In this document: positions 24,225 to 37,762 of the stretch, in pieces
Layout of the letters: each line of letters begins with the position of its first letter
Numbering within the stretch: the first letter of the stretch is position 1
Source of the DNA: Squalus acanthias
Taxonomy: Eukaryota
Direction of reading: 5' to 3'
NCBI GenBank assembly: GCA_030390025.1
Contig: CM059433.1
Span: 3,906,001 to 3,970,000 of the forward strand
Length of the DNA stretch: 64,000 nt
The notes under the pieces: model-generated
Seen by the model: the letters and a program-made list of their open reading frames with translations, nothing else
Told to the model about the DNA's origin: nothing
Databases searched by the model: none
Translations under genes and position numbers: made by a program

Positions 24225-26314
24225 GCAAGTAGAAGGCACACGGCATACACACTCACAGAGAGTAAAGCACACTGAACACACCTGCACCACACATAGTTTG
24301 GGTGAATAAGAATTCAGATCAATCATACTCTACTTGTGTTTTGACAGTTCTGCCTGCTATGGGGCAAATCAAGCTCAATTAAGGTGTGAGTGAGATGTGC
24401 TGCTGCAGTCATGAGTCCTGATGTTAGGCAGAGCTTTATTCAGCTTGGGTATTGAGCACGTATGGAAATGACTGGATTTTTACGAGCTTTTCGGGCTGAA
24501 CAAATATTGCTCTATTGTCATTTTTGGCGTATGACCAAAGGGTATATAAATGCTCAGGTAATGCCCTGGTAGTGAAGGGGCTCATGTAGTTATGTCAAAA
24601 TACTTGCTTTGGCAATTCATGTAGTTAAGTCAAAGTAACTTCTGTGAGGCACTTTGGTTGATTGGCCACTTAGTTGGTCTCCCTCTTGTTTGAGGTCATC
24701 TTTTGCAATTGATTGATGAGTGTCTTCTGCAGCCTGCTCCACGGTAAGGCCCCTTTGATAAAGGGAAGTTATGTAAAATACGGTAGCTACAATAATTTTG
24801 GACATCTTTGCTGGGCTGTACTGTAGTACTCACCTGATCAGACCATGCTGTTGGAGACCTCAACCAAGCAGCATGTGTTTTATTATTTTACTTTTCTCCT
24901 CTTATCCTTGGGTTGGTCAATAGATGAAGCAGCCTGGCTACAGTGGATAGCCTGGGTTCCCCAGCAACAATCCATCCAGTCCTGCTAGTCCTTCAAATAA
25001 TGGTAGATCTGTTGTCGATCATAAAATGAATAAATTATGGCAATTGCCCAGGTGGCAGGCATTCATTTACATGATTCCGTACCTTTGGCAACAGACCCAC
25101 AGATGGAGTAGAAGCCCTTTCTGTTGATGAAAGGGTTGGCGTTGAAAGTAGGGGTCAGTATGGCCACCTACATAATATAAATAATGTCCTGCACTTTGGG
25201 GAATCCCGACAGATGGTAAAGGTGCAGGGGTTTCTTGTACTGCTGCATGTTTTCCACGGGTAAGTCGATGAATTCAGAGACTAACGCAAGGCAAAGCAAG
25301 TGTGCACTGCAGTTTGACAAGACATCTCCCGCTATCACTTGGATCAACCCCATTGCACAAAAGTCTCCTTGAGATAGAGCCAGACCTGTCGCTGAGTGAC
25401 TTGCAGGTCTGACTGCAGGAGTGTGTAGAGTTCTGGGACGGCCTTTCTGCAGAAGCAATGTCTCCGCACACAGATTTCGTCCAATATTGTCCAGTTGTAA
25501 ACATTGCTGATGGCGGCATGAGGCGGGTTGTTATAATCTCTTGAGACGCATACGTTCTTTTCTGGCATGCCTGCTCCCGAACTTGCAGGTAGAGAGCATG
25601 CCCAAAGGGCTGCTCAGAGCTCCCCTCACAACAACACACAATGACTATTGCCTGGGGAACAGGCACAAATAGCAGATGCGGTTCAGCTTTTAAGACCTGC
25701 CTGTAAGGCTTCAATGAGTTTCATTATCTTCCTTTATCACACAACAGCAAAGTAGCACAGAAGCAATTGATGACAAACAGCTCCACAGAAATATAAAAAC
25801 CAGCAATACGCCATTAACAAGGACGCAACTGCAGGGAAAAGGTGTCCCATGCAGTGTCCATTTTATATGGGCACTGAACAGGTGCTCTGTACACGTGATG
25901 TGGACATTCCTAACTTACATAAAAATTGGGACTTAATGTGCCTAGTGCAATAAATGTGCAGACACTTTCGGGTAGCCTCAGGCCTCAGATTTCCATAATA
26001 CGACAACCTATTGTGCAGCCGCGCTACGGATTGCCAAAGATTGTATTATTAGCCCCAGTGGGTTTTTCTCCTGGATTCTTATATTTGGAATCTAATATAA
26101 AAAGCGCCTTCTTTTTAATCTTTGCACTGCACCATCTCACAGCTACAAGAGAGATAAATGGGTGCTGCTTCTGCCATATTGGTCATTCAGATCAATATTT
26201 GGGTTTCTGTCATTTTTTTTTCTGCTTAATTCTGAAAATCCCATTCTACTTTAATCGTGATGCTGGAAAATCCAGTCCATAAACACCTCCTTTGATGGCA
26301 GAATGCTAATCCTC

Positions 26315-26612
26315 CAACAACAACAACTTGTATTTATATAGCGCCTTTAACGTAGTAAAACGTCCCAAGGCGCTGCACAGGAGTATTTTAAGACAAAAAA
26401 ATTGACACCGATCCACAGAAGGAGAAATTAGGGCAGGTGACCAAAAGCTTGGTCAAAGAGGTAGGTTTTAAGCAGCGTCTTAAAGGAGATAAGAGAGGTG
26501 GCGAGGCGGAGAGGTTTAGGCAGGGGATTCCAGAGCTTAGGGCCCAGGCAACAGAAGGCACCAAAGGTTGAGCGATTATAATCAGGGATGCTCAAGAATG
26601 CTAATCCTAGAT
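26315..26612 (-). mobile_element. L2 3' fragment of the same family
   Basis: Matches 30250-30540. Confidence 0.88.
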
Positions 26613-28365
26613 GACCAACCGAGAAGCATACTGGAGTGGTGTAATAAGGGACTGTTCCCCAGTCAGACTTCCATCCCTTCTGGAGATGACTTGTCAGTGG
26701 CTGCAGGAGGCCATGCAGGAAGAGGCTATCTAGCAGCTGCTGGCAGGGGAAGATTGGGTGACCCTTGGCTGCCTGTCAGCTTCTGGATAAGTAGCAGGGA
26801 GGGGGTTTCAAGAGGATCTCACAAGAGGAAAGGGAACGGGAGGAGGTGGAGTCCGGGGCAGGGGAGGCCACGATATTCCTTGGTGATGCCCAGAAGCAGA
26901 GCACCCCTGCTCCTCTTGGCCCCACAAAGGACATGTTTTGACTTACCCGGAGGGCCTCTTGGTCCTTCCCACCAGCTGCTGACGTGCTTCAGCCTGAGAT
27001 GGAAAGCCACAGCGACTTCACCACTCAGGCCCTACATAGAGTCGCCGTCAGGGTCTTAGTGACATAATAGGACCCCAATTTGCATAAATTCATGAGGCTC
27101 CCGCCTGCTTCAGGCAGGCGTCTCATCTGCCTGCGGAACCCAGCAGGTTAACATTAGAGGCGGCAGGAAAAGGTCAGGTTCTGAGCGGGTAACCGGCTCA
27201 TTGTTAACTGCCCACCCGGTTGCTTTCCAACAGTCAGCGTGGGTTAAAATCGACTCCCGTGAATTAAACTTAGATCTTCTACTCAAAATTGTTGTGCACT
27301 TTTAATTAATCCATCTGAACTGAATTTTAATTTCCAAATTATTTTTTCATATAGTTCTCTTGTCTACATGGGTTACTGTTAGCCCTCAGGCTGGTTAGAA
27401 TATAATCTTTTTACTTCAGGTTTGAACCCTGCTCAGACTGTCAGCTGTCAGGGTCCTAAGTGTAATTCGCTTTGACAGTTTCAACCCAGTTTCTGTTGGA
27501 TGCAAGCCCACAGTACAAAAATTGACCATAATTTGGATCTAATTGGCATTCTCACTCGGAGGACATGGGGAAGGCTTGTGTCAAACATGGAAATATGATT
27601 CTGGTGCAATAAAGGGCACATTGTTGTGGTAATAGACAGAGCTATGCTCTGCACTTGATCCATGCAGCACCTGAACTGTGGAGTGTTACTACTGACACTG
27701 TCCGCACCACAGACAGCTCTCACTTGATGAGCGCAAGATAAACCTGCCTGGAATTTCCATTGTGGTTCTCCTGATGATCTGTCGGAATTTTGGCAGGAGA
27801 TTTTTTTTTGAAATTTATTCCTGGGATGTGGGCGTCGCTGGCAAGGCTGGCATTAATTGCCCATCCCTGGTTGCCCCGAGAAGGTGGGTTTGATTGGCGG
27901 AAACCCTGGAGAAAGAGCGTTACCGGTCGGAGGACACACCCCCTTGCAGAAATTCCAGGTGACTTAACTTCAAAATAAAATGGAAAGAACGGAGTCCACT
28001 ATGTTTATTTGTGGGATGCAGAAACTAACCGTATCATTTTAGTTGTTTTTAGATTACCCGTTGGCACAATCACATTTGTGACTCAAATATTTTACTCCAG
28101 GTAGTTTTCACGTATGCAAGCTGCTTAAAAAAGATTGTACCGCAGCAGAAGGAGCGACTAATGAATCTTTCAATGGAACAGCTCCATATGCTGCAGTGTT
28201 AGAGCGGAGCATAATCTATCAGTATTTCTAAAAAGGGAGCTAGCATGCCAGCTTTCCTTACTAGATCCGTCTAACACATGCAGTGCAGTATAGATTAACA
28301 TGAACGGCAAGTGCATGAAGATCTCTGTGTGTGGAAACGTTCTTCACGGCACGTGTTCCTGATGG

Positions 28366-28533
28366 TTAGAAATGTAGTTGGAAGTGTGGGACATTGATAA
28401 GCCAGTCTGGTACGCCATGAAATTGTAACACATGGAGTTGTGCCTGTAAATTCACTACACAGTGGCTTCCTACTCTTAGAGGGGGTGGCCTCCCACCTCT
28501 TTTCTCAGAACACCCTGGAAGCAGGAGCACTGT
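28366..28533 (-). pseudogene. Candidate terminal exon 9
   Basis: Acceptor ttttttatttactgaag. Only phase 0 is open: TVLLLPGCSEKRGGRPPPLRVGSHCVVNLQAQLHVLQFHGVPDWLINVPHFQLHF*. Confidence 0.55.
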
Positions 28534-30244
28534 CTTCAGTAAATAAAAAATTGTCAAAAAACATTTTTGGTAAGGTAGGGAGAGACAAGCTGGAAGAAAC
28601 TTGCATTGCAGCACTGTTGCGTGTTACAGGAAGAGGCCAATAGTAGGACAGCCTGCCTGTTTGCACTGATGCCCCTCACAGTATTGGGTGTTGCCCCGGT
28701 ATAAGGTTTACTCAGTGCCCATTGCGCCCAGCACACCTGAACACACATAGCACAAGGTTTAATAAGGTCGCACAAGTGATTTCAATGAGGGGGCATTCCC
28801 ATTTTCTGATTGAGATGCTTCAGCTGAGATTCAGTTGCCAAGCACCCATTTGGAACAAGCATTTCAAAAGAGGTTGAAGGGGGTTTTTATGTAAAAACTG
28901 TTTCCTAGTTGGTCCTCATCCCTTTGCTTGTATGCTTTACTTCATTTTAGCCTTCAACAAAATGGCTGCAGTAAACGAGTGACTATCAACACTTCTATCG
29001 CCACTGGCGGCCGATGTACCAGCGCCCGAGTGACCTCCCCCACTTGGCGTTGCCCGGTGCTCGACATACCAGCAGCACTGTCGGATTATGTAAATGATCT
29101 GGCCTCACATTGCATTGGCTGTGTCTCTGCAGCAGCGGTCCATCCCTCTTGCACATTATTGGCTACAAGTGTGTTTCTACAATACTTATGCCATTGCTTT
29201 GTAAACTTGTAAATAAATAATAAAGACTGTTTTACAGAGACAGTGCCCCTTTAAATATAAATGGGATTAGGCTGCAAACTAGTTAAGCATTGATTAGTGC
29301 TTAACGTCACTGTACCATTCGAAACTGAAATGTAGTACAGTTGAGCCCCAGTAATGATTAACTGGTATTTCTTGAAATGCTGTGCTGAGATCTGGACTTG
29401 CAAGGAACTGCAGATAAGATAGTCAACTTGCTAATCGTTAAACTCTGATGATTCATTCGACAAGTCAGCTTACCACAGAATAAGTTCATTCAAAACACAA
29501 CAGGAGGGCCATCAGCCTTATCAACTGTACGACTGTCTCGTGGGGTTAGAGTCGCCAACTCTGGTTGGACATTTTCCTGCAGGTTCCATCACAGGATCTC
29601 CCGCCTCTAACCGCCCCGTCCAGTCAAGCAGCCTTTTTTCCCCATCTTCACGATTTTTATAACTAATAAACGAAAAGGTTCAAAGAAAATGGAAAATAAA
29701 CGCACCCATTTTTTTTTTAATGCCCCTATTATTTTTCTCCCGGGTTACTCGCAGCAGTCACCAGGAGATTAATCTTTAATTCTTGGAGAGGCCAGGAAAA
29801 TCCTGGAGGATTGGCAACTCTGAGTGGAGTGCAACTGTAGTGTCAAAGCAAAGCAGTTGTCCACTTAAATTCATCGATCCCACACTCCCAGCGGGAAGCC
29901 ATGCTCAAAGGGTGCACCGTTCAGCAAATCAGTGCTAGGACATTGTGACCCTCTCTCCAACCCGCGCTACCTTTCAATGAAGATTTCTTGCTGAGAGTGC
30001 AGGATTGTTTCAATTTAGCCTGTGGTGTATATGCAGCCTAAGTCCAGAGACAGGGCCAAACTTGACCCCAGGGAGAGGCAGGGTGAGAGTCCGAGGAACA
30101 GGGAGCCCCATTTTGCTTTGCTCCAGTGTCAGACCCAAGTCTCGACTCCGCATCTAATGTGTACAAAAGGTTAGAGTCGCTGCAAAGCGGAAACCGCTAA
30201 ACGTGTGCAGTGGAAAAAGCGCTGCTGGTGAAGCTTAGTACCAA

Positions 30245-30980
30245 CAACAACAACAACAACAACTTGTATTTATATAGCGCCTTTAACGTAGTAAAACGTC
30301 CCAAGGCGCTGCACAGGAGTATTTTAAGACAAAAAATTTGACACCAAGCCACATAAGGATAAATTAGGGCAGGTGACCAAAAGCTTGGTCAAAGAGGTAG
30401 GTTTTAAGGAACGTCTTAAAGGAGGAAAGAGAGGTAGCGAGGCGGAGAGGTTTAGACAGGGAATTCCAGAGCCCTGGGGCCGAGGCAACAGAAGGCACGG
30501 CCACCAATGGTTGAGCGATTATAATCAGGGATGCTCAAGAGGGCAGAATTAGAGGAGTGCAGAGATCTCGGGGGGGTCATGGGGCTGAAGGAGATTACAG
30601 AGATAGGGAGGGGCGAGGCCATGGAGGGATTTGAAAACAAGGATGAGAATTTTGAAATCGAGCTGCTGCTTAACCGGGAGCCAATGTAGGTCAGCGAGCA
30701 CAGGAGTGATGGGTGAACGGGACTTGGTGCGAGTTAGGACACGGGCAGCCGAGTTTTGGATGAACTCAAGTTTACGTAGGGTGGAATGTGGGAGGCCAGC
30801 CAGGAGTGCGTTGGAATAGTCAAGTCTAGAGGTAACAAAGGCATGGATGAGGGTTTCAGCAGCGGATGAGCTGAGGCAAGGGCGGAGACGGGCGACATTA
30901 CGGAGGTGGAAATAGGTGGTCTTAGTTACGCTGCGGATATGTGGTCGGAAGCTCATTTCAGGGTCAAATATGACACCAAG
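30245..30980 (-). mobile_element. L2-clade LINE 3' fragment with 15-bp TSD
   Basis: HAFVTSRLDYSN and LHWLPV. (GTT)n tail. TSD GAAGCTTAGTACCAA at 30230-30244 and 30981-30995. Confidence 0.93.
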
Positions 30981-31874
30981 GAAGCTTAGTACCAAGAGCA
31001 TAATAATGTGGCCAGTATGGGCGAGCATATTATGATGTGGCTGAAGGAAGTACATTATAAGCGTTAACTCTGTTTCTCTCTCCACGGATGTTGCCTGGCC
31101 TGCTGAGTTTTTCCAGCGCTTTCTGTTGTTATTTACATTATAAGCTATATTGCCCGTAATTTGCACCCTAGTAATAATGGGCACAAGGGATGCCTGCATA
31201 GCCCTGGCATTGAGTGTTACTAAAGATAGCAGAGGAGGTTAAAAATTTAAAAGGCTGAGCATTTTGTGTTTGGGTCAGAAATTCTATACAATGAAATGAA
31301 TGGAAAATGTGTCATTACAATGAAATTCCGTGCTTGCATCAGGAATGCATTTATCTGGAGCTAGCAGTATCGGTGTCAAAACTTTTGCCAACAGCGTCTT
31401 AAGAGTCGAAATAGATTTGATCCATCTCAGATGCTGGTTTTATCTGTGGTTCTGACGTGGTGAGGCCAATGTCACGGTGTACTTGTTGTAAACACAGCAG
31501 CTGCTGCTTGAGGTGAGGTCTATTGCAATTAGCCCCCAAGTTCCGGGGGGCTAGGGGTGAAAATGTGCTATTAACCCGGTGGGCTGGGATTTGGGGCAGA
31601 ATGTGGTTACGCCCAGGTTCTCGCCCCCTTTTACCATCTGTTAGAAATTCCACCAGAAGTGGGGCGGAGCCTAATATCGTGCCAAGTATGGGTGAGCATA
31701 TTCTGATTCAAATGACGGAAGTGCATTATGTATCGTGTTTCCCGTCATTTGCCCACTAGGAATGGTCGCTAAAGGCATCAGGGGGGGGATTTAAAATTTA
31801 AAAGGCCATCTTTTCAAAAGTACATTCATCTAATTGAAAGTGTCAGGACTTGAATTTTTTTTTAAATCCGTTTT

Positions 31875-32160
31875 CAGAATAAGGGGTCGCCCATTTAAAA
31901 CTGAGATGAGCAGGAATTTCTTCTCTTAGAGGGTCATAAATCTGTGGAATTCTCTGCCCCAGAGAGCTGCGGAGGCTGGGTCATTGAATATATTTAAGGT
32001 GGAGATAGACAGATTTTTGAACAATAAGGGAGTGATGGGTTATGGGGAGCGAGCAGGGAAATGGAGCTGAGCCCAAGATCAGATTAGCCACGATCTCATT
32101 AAATGGCGGAGCAGGCTTGAGGGGCCAAATAGCCGACTCCTGCTCCTATTCTTATGTTTT
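31875..32160 (+). mobile_element. CR1 3' fragment
   Basis: ORF2 C-terminus and 3' UTR homologous to the other copies. Confidence 0.85.
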
Positions 32161-32562
32161 ATTGCCTCTGGGGGCTCCCTAACGCGATGGCAGGGCACCA
32201 CACCTGAGGTGGAAGCACCATCAGTGCTGTAAGTGCCGCTGGTTCATGCCCGCAATATGTAAATGCCCCTGACACCCAGGAGATTGGAGGGGTGTCAAGG
32301 ATATCCATTAGGTGGTAGAAGTTCTGTCTCACCCCAGATCAGCCTCCAAAAAGCCCCCCTCCAGAATCTCTGAGCTATTATCTGAGCTACATCCAGATAA
32401 GGCATTAAATGAGGGATAACATTTTTCCCTTTTTTTTTGAACCACACTCACAGGAAGGCCCCATTTCACTCTCTGCCTTTTCTGCAAGATTGGAAGCATT
32501 ACAATAAATCCTCAAATGAAGACCGATCAGAATGTAGCTGAGCTACTTGTTAAGCTGCTGAC

Positions 32563-32747
32563 CTGAGACTTATTGGGCACAAACCTGCAAAGGATGGTCT
32601 CCACAGCTGCGCGATGTACCCGGCGCTCATACTTCTGCTTTGATTCCCTTAGGTAAAAATAGGGAAGCTCAATGTCGTCCGAAGGCCCTGCAGTAGCTCC
32701 TGCTGTAGTGACAACCATTCCTCTCTTTATATTTAAGAAGTTGTAGC
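32563..32747 (-). pseudogene. Candidate exon 8
   Basis: Acceptor ttttaccacag, donor CAG|GTCAGC. Only one frame is open: (G)YNFLNIKRGMVVTTAGATAGPSDDIELPYFYLRESKQKYERRVHRAAVETILCRFVPNKSQ. Phase 1 in, phase 0 out. Confidence 0.7.
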
Positions 32748-32772
32748 CTGTGGTAAAAATAAGGGGAAATTT

Positions 32773-34660
32773 GAGATGGCAAAAACACTGAATGAATATT
32801 TTGTATCAGTCTTTACAGTAGAGGACACTAAGAATATCCCAACACTGGACAAACAGGGGGCTATAGGGGGAGAGGAGCTAAACATGATCAAAATCACTAA
32901 GGAAGTGGTACTCGGTAAAATAATGGGACTCAAGGCGGATAAATCACCTGGACCTGATGGCTTACATCCTAGAGTCTTGAAGGAAGTGGCGGTAGGGATT
33001 GTAGATGCATTGGTAATAATTTTTCAAAACTCCCTGGATTCCGCTAAGGTCCCGGCAGACTGGAAAACTGCTAATGTAACACCCTTATTTAAAAAGGGCA
33101 GTAGACAGAAGGCTGGTAACTATAGATCGGTTAGCCTAACATCTGTGGTAGGTAAAATTTTGGAGTCCATTATTAAGGAAACAGTAACAGGACATTTGGA
33201 TAATCATAATTTAATAGGACAAAGTCAGCATGGTTTTACGAAGGGGAAGTCATGTTTGACAAATTTGCTGGAGTTCTTTGAGGAAGTAACATATAGAGTG
33301 GATAAAGGGGAACCAGTGGACGTAGTGTATTTAGACTTCCAAAAGGCATTTGACAAGGTGCCACACAAAAGATTATTGCTTAAGGTAAAAAATCACGGGA
33401 TTGGGGGTAATATTTTGGCATGGATAGAGGATTGGCTATCTAACAGAAAGCAAAGAGTTGAGATAAATGGTTCATTCTCAGACTGGCAATCAGTAACTAG
33501 TGGTGTTCCACAGGGGTCAGTGCTGGGTCCCCAACTCTTTACAATCTATATTAACGATTTGGAGGAAGGGACCAAGTGTAACATATCAAAATTTGCAGAT
33601 GATACAAAGATGGGAGGGAAAGTAGTGAGTGAGGAGGACATAAAAAACCTGCAAGGGGACATAGACAGGCTAAGTAAGTGGGCAGAGATTTGGCAGATGG
33701 AATACAACACTGGAAAGTGTGAGGTGATGCACTTTGGCAGGAAAAATCCTAGAGCAATTTATTATCTTAATGGCAAGAAACTGGAGAGTACTGAAGTGCA
33801 AAGGGATCTGGGGGTCCTGGTGCACGAAACTCAAAAGGTTAGTATGCAGGTGCAGCAAGTGATTAAGAAGGCAAATGGAATGTTGGCTTTCATTGCTAGG
33901 GGGATAGAATATAAAAATAGGGAGGTATTGCTTCAGTTGTACAAGGTATTGGTGAGACCGCACCTGGAATACTGCATACAGTTTTGGTGTCCTTACTTAA
34001 GGAAAGACATCCTTGCTCTCGAGGCAGTGCAAAAAAGGTTCACTCGGTTAATCCCGGGGATGAGGGGGTGGTCATATGAGGAGAGGTTGGGTAGATTGGG
34101 ACTCTACTCATTGGAGTTCAGAAGAATGAGAGGCGATCTTATTGAAACATATAAGATTGTGAAGGGGTTGGCTCGGGTGGATGCGGGGAGGATGTTCCCG
34201 ATGATGGGTGAGACTAGAATTAGGGGACATAGTCTTAGAATAAGGGGCTGCTCTTTCAAAACTGAGATGAGGAGGAACTACTTCACTCAGAGGGTGGTAG
34301 GTCCATGGAATATGCTGCCACAAAAAGCTGTAGAAGCTACATCATTAAATAAATTTAAAACAGAAATAGACAGTTTCCTAGAAGTAAAGGGCATTAAGGG
34401 TTACGGGGAGCGGGCAGGAATTTGGACATGAGTCTAGGTTCGGATCGGTCATGGCCCTGTGGGTAGTGGAGCGGGCCCAGGGACCGTGTAGCCTGATCTG
34501 CTCCTATTTCGTGTGTGCAATTCTGTTAGATGCAGGAGATGGTTCTGTGATAGATAGTAGATTGGCGGTTAGGATCAGATCAGCCATGATCTTATTGAAT
34601 GGCGGAGCAGGCTCGAGGGGCCGATTGGCCTACTCCTGCTCCTATTTCTTATGTTCTTAT
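32773..34660 (+). mobile_element. Second copy of the same young CR1 family, more 5'-truncated
   Basis: The 551-aa ORF differs from the first copy at about 8 residues. It has the same composite 3' UTR. Confidence 0.97.
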
Positions 34661-34877
34661 TTCTCACACACCACAAGCGCAAAAAACTTTTTTTTTTAAA
34701 AGCTGTAGCTTTTCCTGAGCGGCTTCCAGTTGTCGCTTTGTGACTCGTTGGTTAGACTGCTCAACACCCTGTACAACTGGGGTCTAGCTGGCAGGGCACA
34801 TACTCTGCTCATTTGCCCACTAAAATTGCAATCTGGACCCTGCAACCAGCATAGGACCCTGCTTTGCATATTTTAAA

Positions 34878-37762
34878 ATGAGAAGTCGCACAACACCAGG
34901 TTATAGTCCAACAGTTTTATTTGAAATCACGAGCTTTCGGAGCTGCTGCTCCTTCGTCAGGCGAAGTAAAGAAATACAGAATCGACAAAGCATATATAGA
35001 TAGAGAACAATGCATGTGTACCTTACAATGGCAGACGACTATATGTGCTCGGGTGACATTCTGGACTGTCTTGTGAGTGCGGCTGATGAATCTGGCGTTG
35101 ATGCATCTTCTGACAGCTTGACCATACATGTCAAGCTTGGGGCAGCGACCCTCCGGAGGGGTCCAATTTGACTCTTTTTTCTTCGGTTGCTGCACTGCGA
35201 GTCCCTCTGTCTGCTGTTCTGGATCATTGATTGTCTCATTGGGTTTGTTGCTGACATCTTGGGATTTGTGGAAGTATTCCCGGAGCCTCATTCTCCTGAT
35301 GAATTCCTCCGTGTCTGCCACGAGACCGATGGGGTCCATTTTGGTGGTGGGGCAGAACTTGAGCCCTAGGGCGAGAACTTCGATTTCGTCTGGTTGAAGG
35401 GTGTGGTCGGACAAGTTGACGATGGACTTCCCTGTGGTTGCAACCGGTTGCACCCGAGCACAACGCAACGCCATCCACGCTCTCAAGACCAACCGCAACA
35501 TCGTCATCAAACCAGCGGACAAAGGAGGAGCCATCGTCATACAGAACAGAATGGACTATTGCAAAGAAGCATACCGACAACTGGACAACCTGGAACACTA
35601 CAGACGGTTGCCCGCAGATCCGACCAAAGAACACACCCACCAGCTCAATAGACTGATCAAGACCTTCAAAACATCCTACGCGCTCTCATCCCACGTACTC
35701 CCCGCGTGGGAGACTTCTACTGCCTCCCAAAGATACACAAAGCCAACACACCCGGACGTCCTATCGTATCAGGCAACGGAACCCTGTGTGAGAACCTCTC
35801 TGGATACGTCGAGGGCATCCTGAAACCCATCGTACAGGGAACCCCCAGCTTCTGCCGTGACACCACAGACTTCTTACAGAAACTCAGCACCCACGGACCA
35901 GTTGAACCAGGAACACTCCTCGCCACGATGGACGTATCGGCACTCTACACCAGTATCCCCCACGATGACGGCATCGCTGCGACAGCCTCAGTACTCAACA
36001 CCAACAACAGCCAATCTCCAGACGCCATCCTACAACTCATCCGCTTCATCCTTGACCACAATGTCTTCACCTTCGACAACCATTTTTTTACCCAAACACA
36101 TGGAACAGCCATGGGGACCAAATTTGCACCCCAATACGCCAACATCTTCATGCACAAGTTCGAGCAAGACTTCGTCGCTGCACAGGACCTCCAGCCAACG
36201 CTGTACACCAGATACATCGACGACATTTTCTTCCTTTGGACCCATGGCGAAGGATCACTGAAAAGACTACACGTTAATATAAACAAGTTCCATCCCACCA
36301 TCAAACTCACCATGGACTATTCCTCAGAATCGGTCTCATTCTTGGACACACGAATCTCCATCAAAGACGGACACCTCAGCACTTCACTCTACCGCAAGCC
36401 CACGGACAACCTCACGATGCTCCACTTCTCCAGCTTCCACCCTAACCACGTTAAAGAAGCCATCCCCTATGGACAAGCCCTGCGAATACACAGGATCTGC
36501 TCAGACGAGGAGGAATGCTATGGACACCTACGGACGCTGAAAAACGCCCTCGTAAGAACGGGATATGACGCTCGACTCATCGATCGACAGTTCTGACGGG
36601 CTATAGCAAAAAATCGCATAGACCTCCTCAGAAGGCAAACACGGGACACAACCAACAGAGTACCCTACATCGTCCAGTACTTCCCCGGAGCGGAGAAACT
36701 ACGCCATGTTCTTCGCAGCCTTCAACATGTCATCGATGACGACGAACACCTCGCTAAGGCCATCCCCACGCCTCCACTACTTGCTTTCAAACAGCCGCCT
36801 AACCTCAGAAGTACCATCGTTCGCAGCAAATTACCCAGCTTTCAGGATAACAGGGACCACGACACCACACAACCCTGCCACGGCAACCTCTGCAAGACAT
36901 GCCAGATCATCAACACAGATACCATCATCACACGTGAGGACACTACCCACCAGGTACATGGTACATACTCATGTGACTCGGCCAACGTTGTCTACCTCAT
37001 ACGTTGCAGGAAAGAATGCACCGTGGCATGGTACATCGGCGAGACCATGCAGACACTGAGACAACGTATGAACGGACACCGCGCAACAATCACCAGGCAG
37101 GAGTGTTCCCTCCCAGTCGGGGAACACTTCAGCAGTCAAGGACATACAGCCTCGGATCTGCTGGTAAGCGTTCTCCAAGGCGGCCTTAGAAACACACGAC
37201 AATGCAAAATCATCGAGCAGAAACTGATAGCCAAGTTCCGCACTCATGAGGACGGCCTCAACCAGGATCTTGGGTTTATGTCACGATACATGACGTGATC
37301 CAGACTCGAGTCGTCGTTGGCTTGTTCACAGATGTGATTCCCAGTAAAAAAGTAAAAATTTTAAAGTTTATCGTTCTTTGGTCGGGTCTGCGGGTAGCTG
37401 TCTGTAGTGTTCCAGCTTTTGATACGTTAGACCCCCTGTAACTCCACCTCATTGTCTCAGTTGTATCTTGCTATGTCTTTGATGTGGTATCTTCCTGGCT
37501 GACCTGATTGCATTTTGTCACACCTCGGCAGATAAACAGTCAGGATGATTTAAATATAGTCGTCTGCCATTGTAAGGTACACATGCATTGTTCTCTATCT
37601 ATATATGCTTTGTCGATTCTGTATTTCTTTACTTCGCCTGACGAAGGAGCAGCAGCTCCGAAAGCTTGTGATTTCAAATAAAACTGTTGGACTATAACCT
37701 AGTGTTGTGCGACTTCTCATTTTTGTCCACCCCAGTCCAACACCGGCATCTCCGCATCATGA
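34878..37762 (+). mobile_element. Penelope-like retroelement (RT and GIY-YIG) with an inverted 5' segment and inverted pseudo-LTRs
   Basis: Motifs KPADKG, GTAMG, RYIDDIF and VVYLIRC...WYIGET. Inverted repeat of about 170 bp (34875-35044 vs about 37554-37723). TSD TTGCATATTTTAAA at 34864-34877 and 37763-37776. One frameshift near 35665 and a stop at 36594. Confidence 0.95.
37635..37680 (+). ncRNA. Minimal hammerhead ribozyme-like motif in the Penelope pseudo-LTR
   Basis: CTGACGA-A-GGAGC-agca-GCTCC-GAAA. Mirror copy on the minus strand at about 34922-34962. Confidence 0.65.

Larger units (their letters stand above)
10288..26056. mobile_element. Old two-gene PIF/Harbinger element fragmented by nested insertions
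   Basis: Myb/SANT-like relics on + at about 15300-15515 (APFQDAVLKVLLQQV) and 21820-21960 (LTPYEKKALEILG). Transposase relic on - at about 24700-25600 (GFPKVQ, FINRKGFYSI). The ends rest on weak GGGG-initiated TIR-like matches. Confidence 0.6.
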
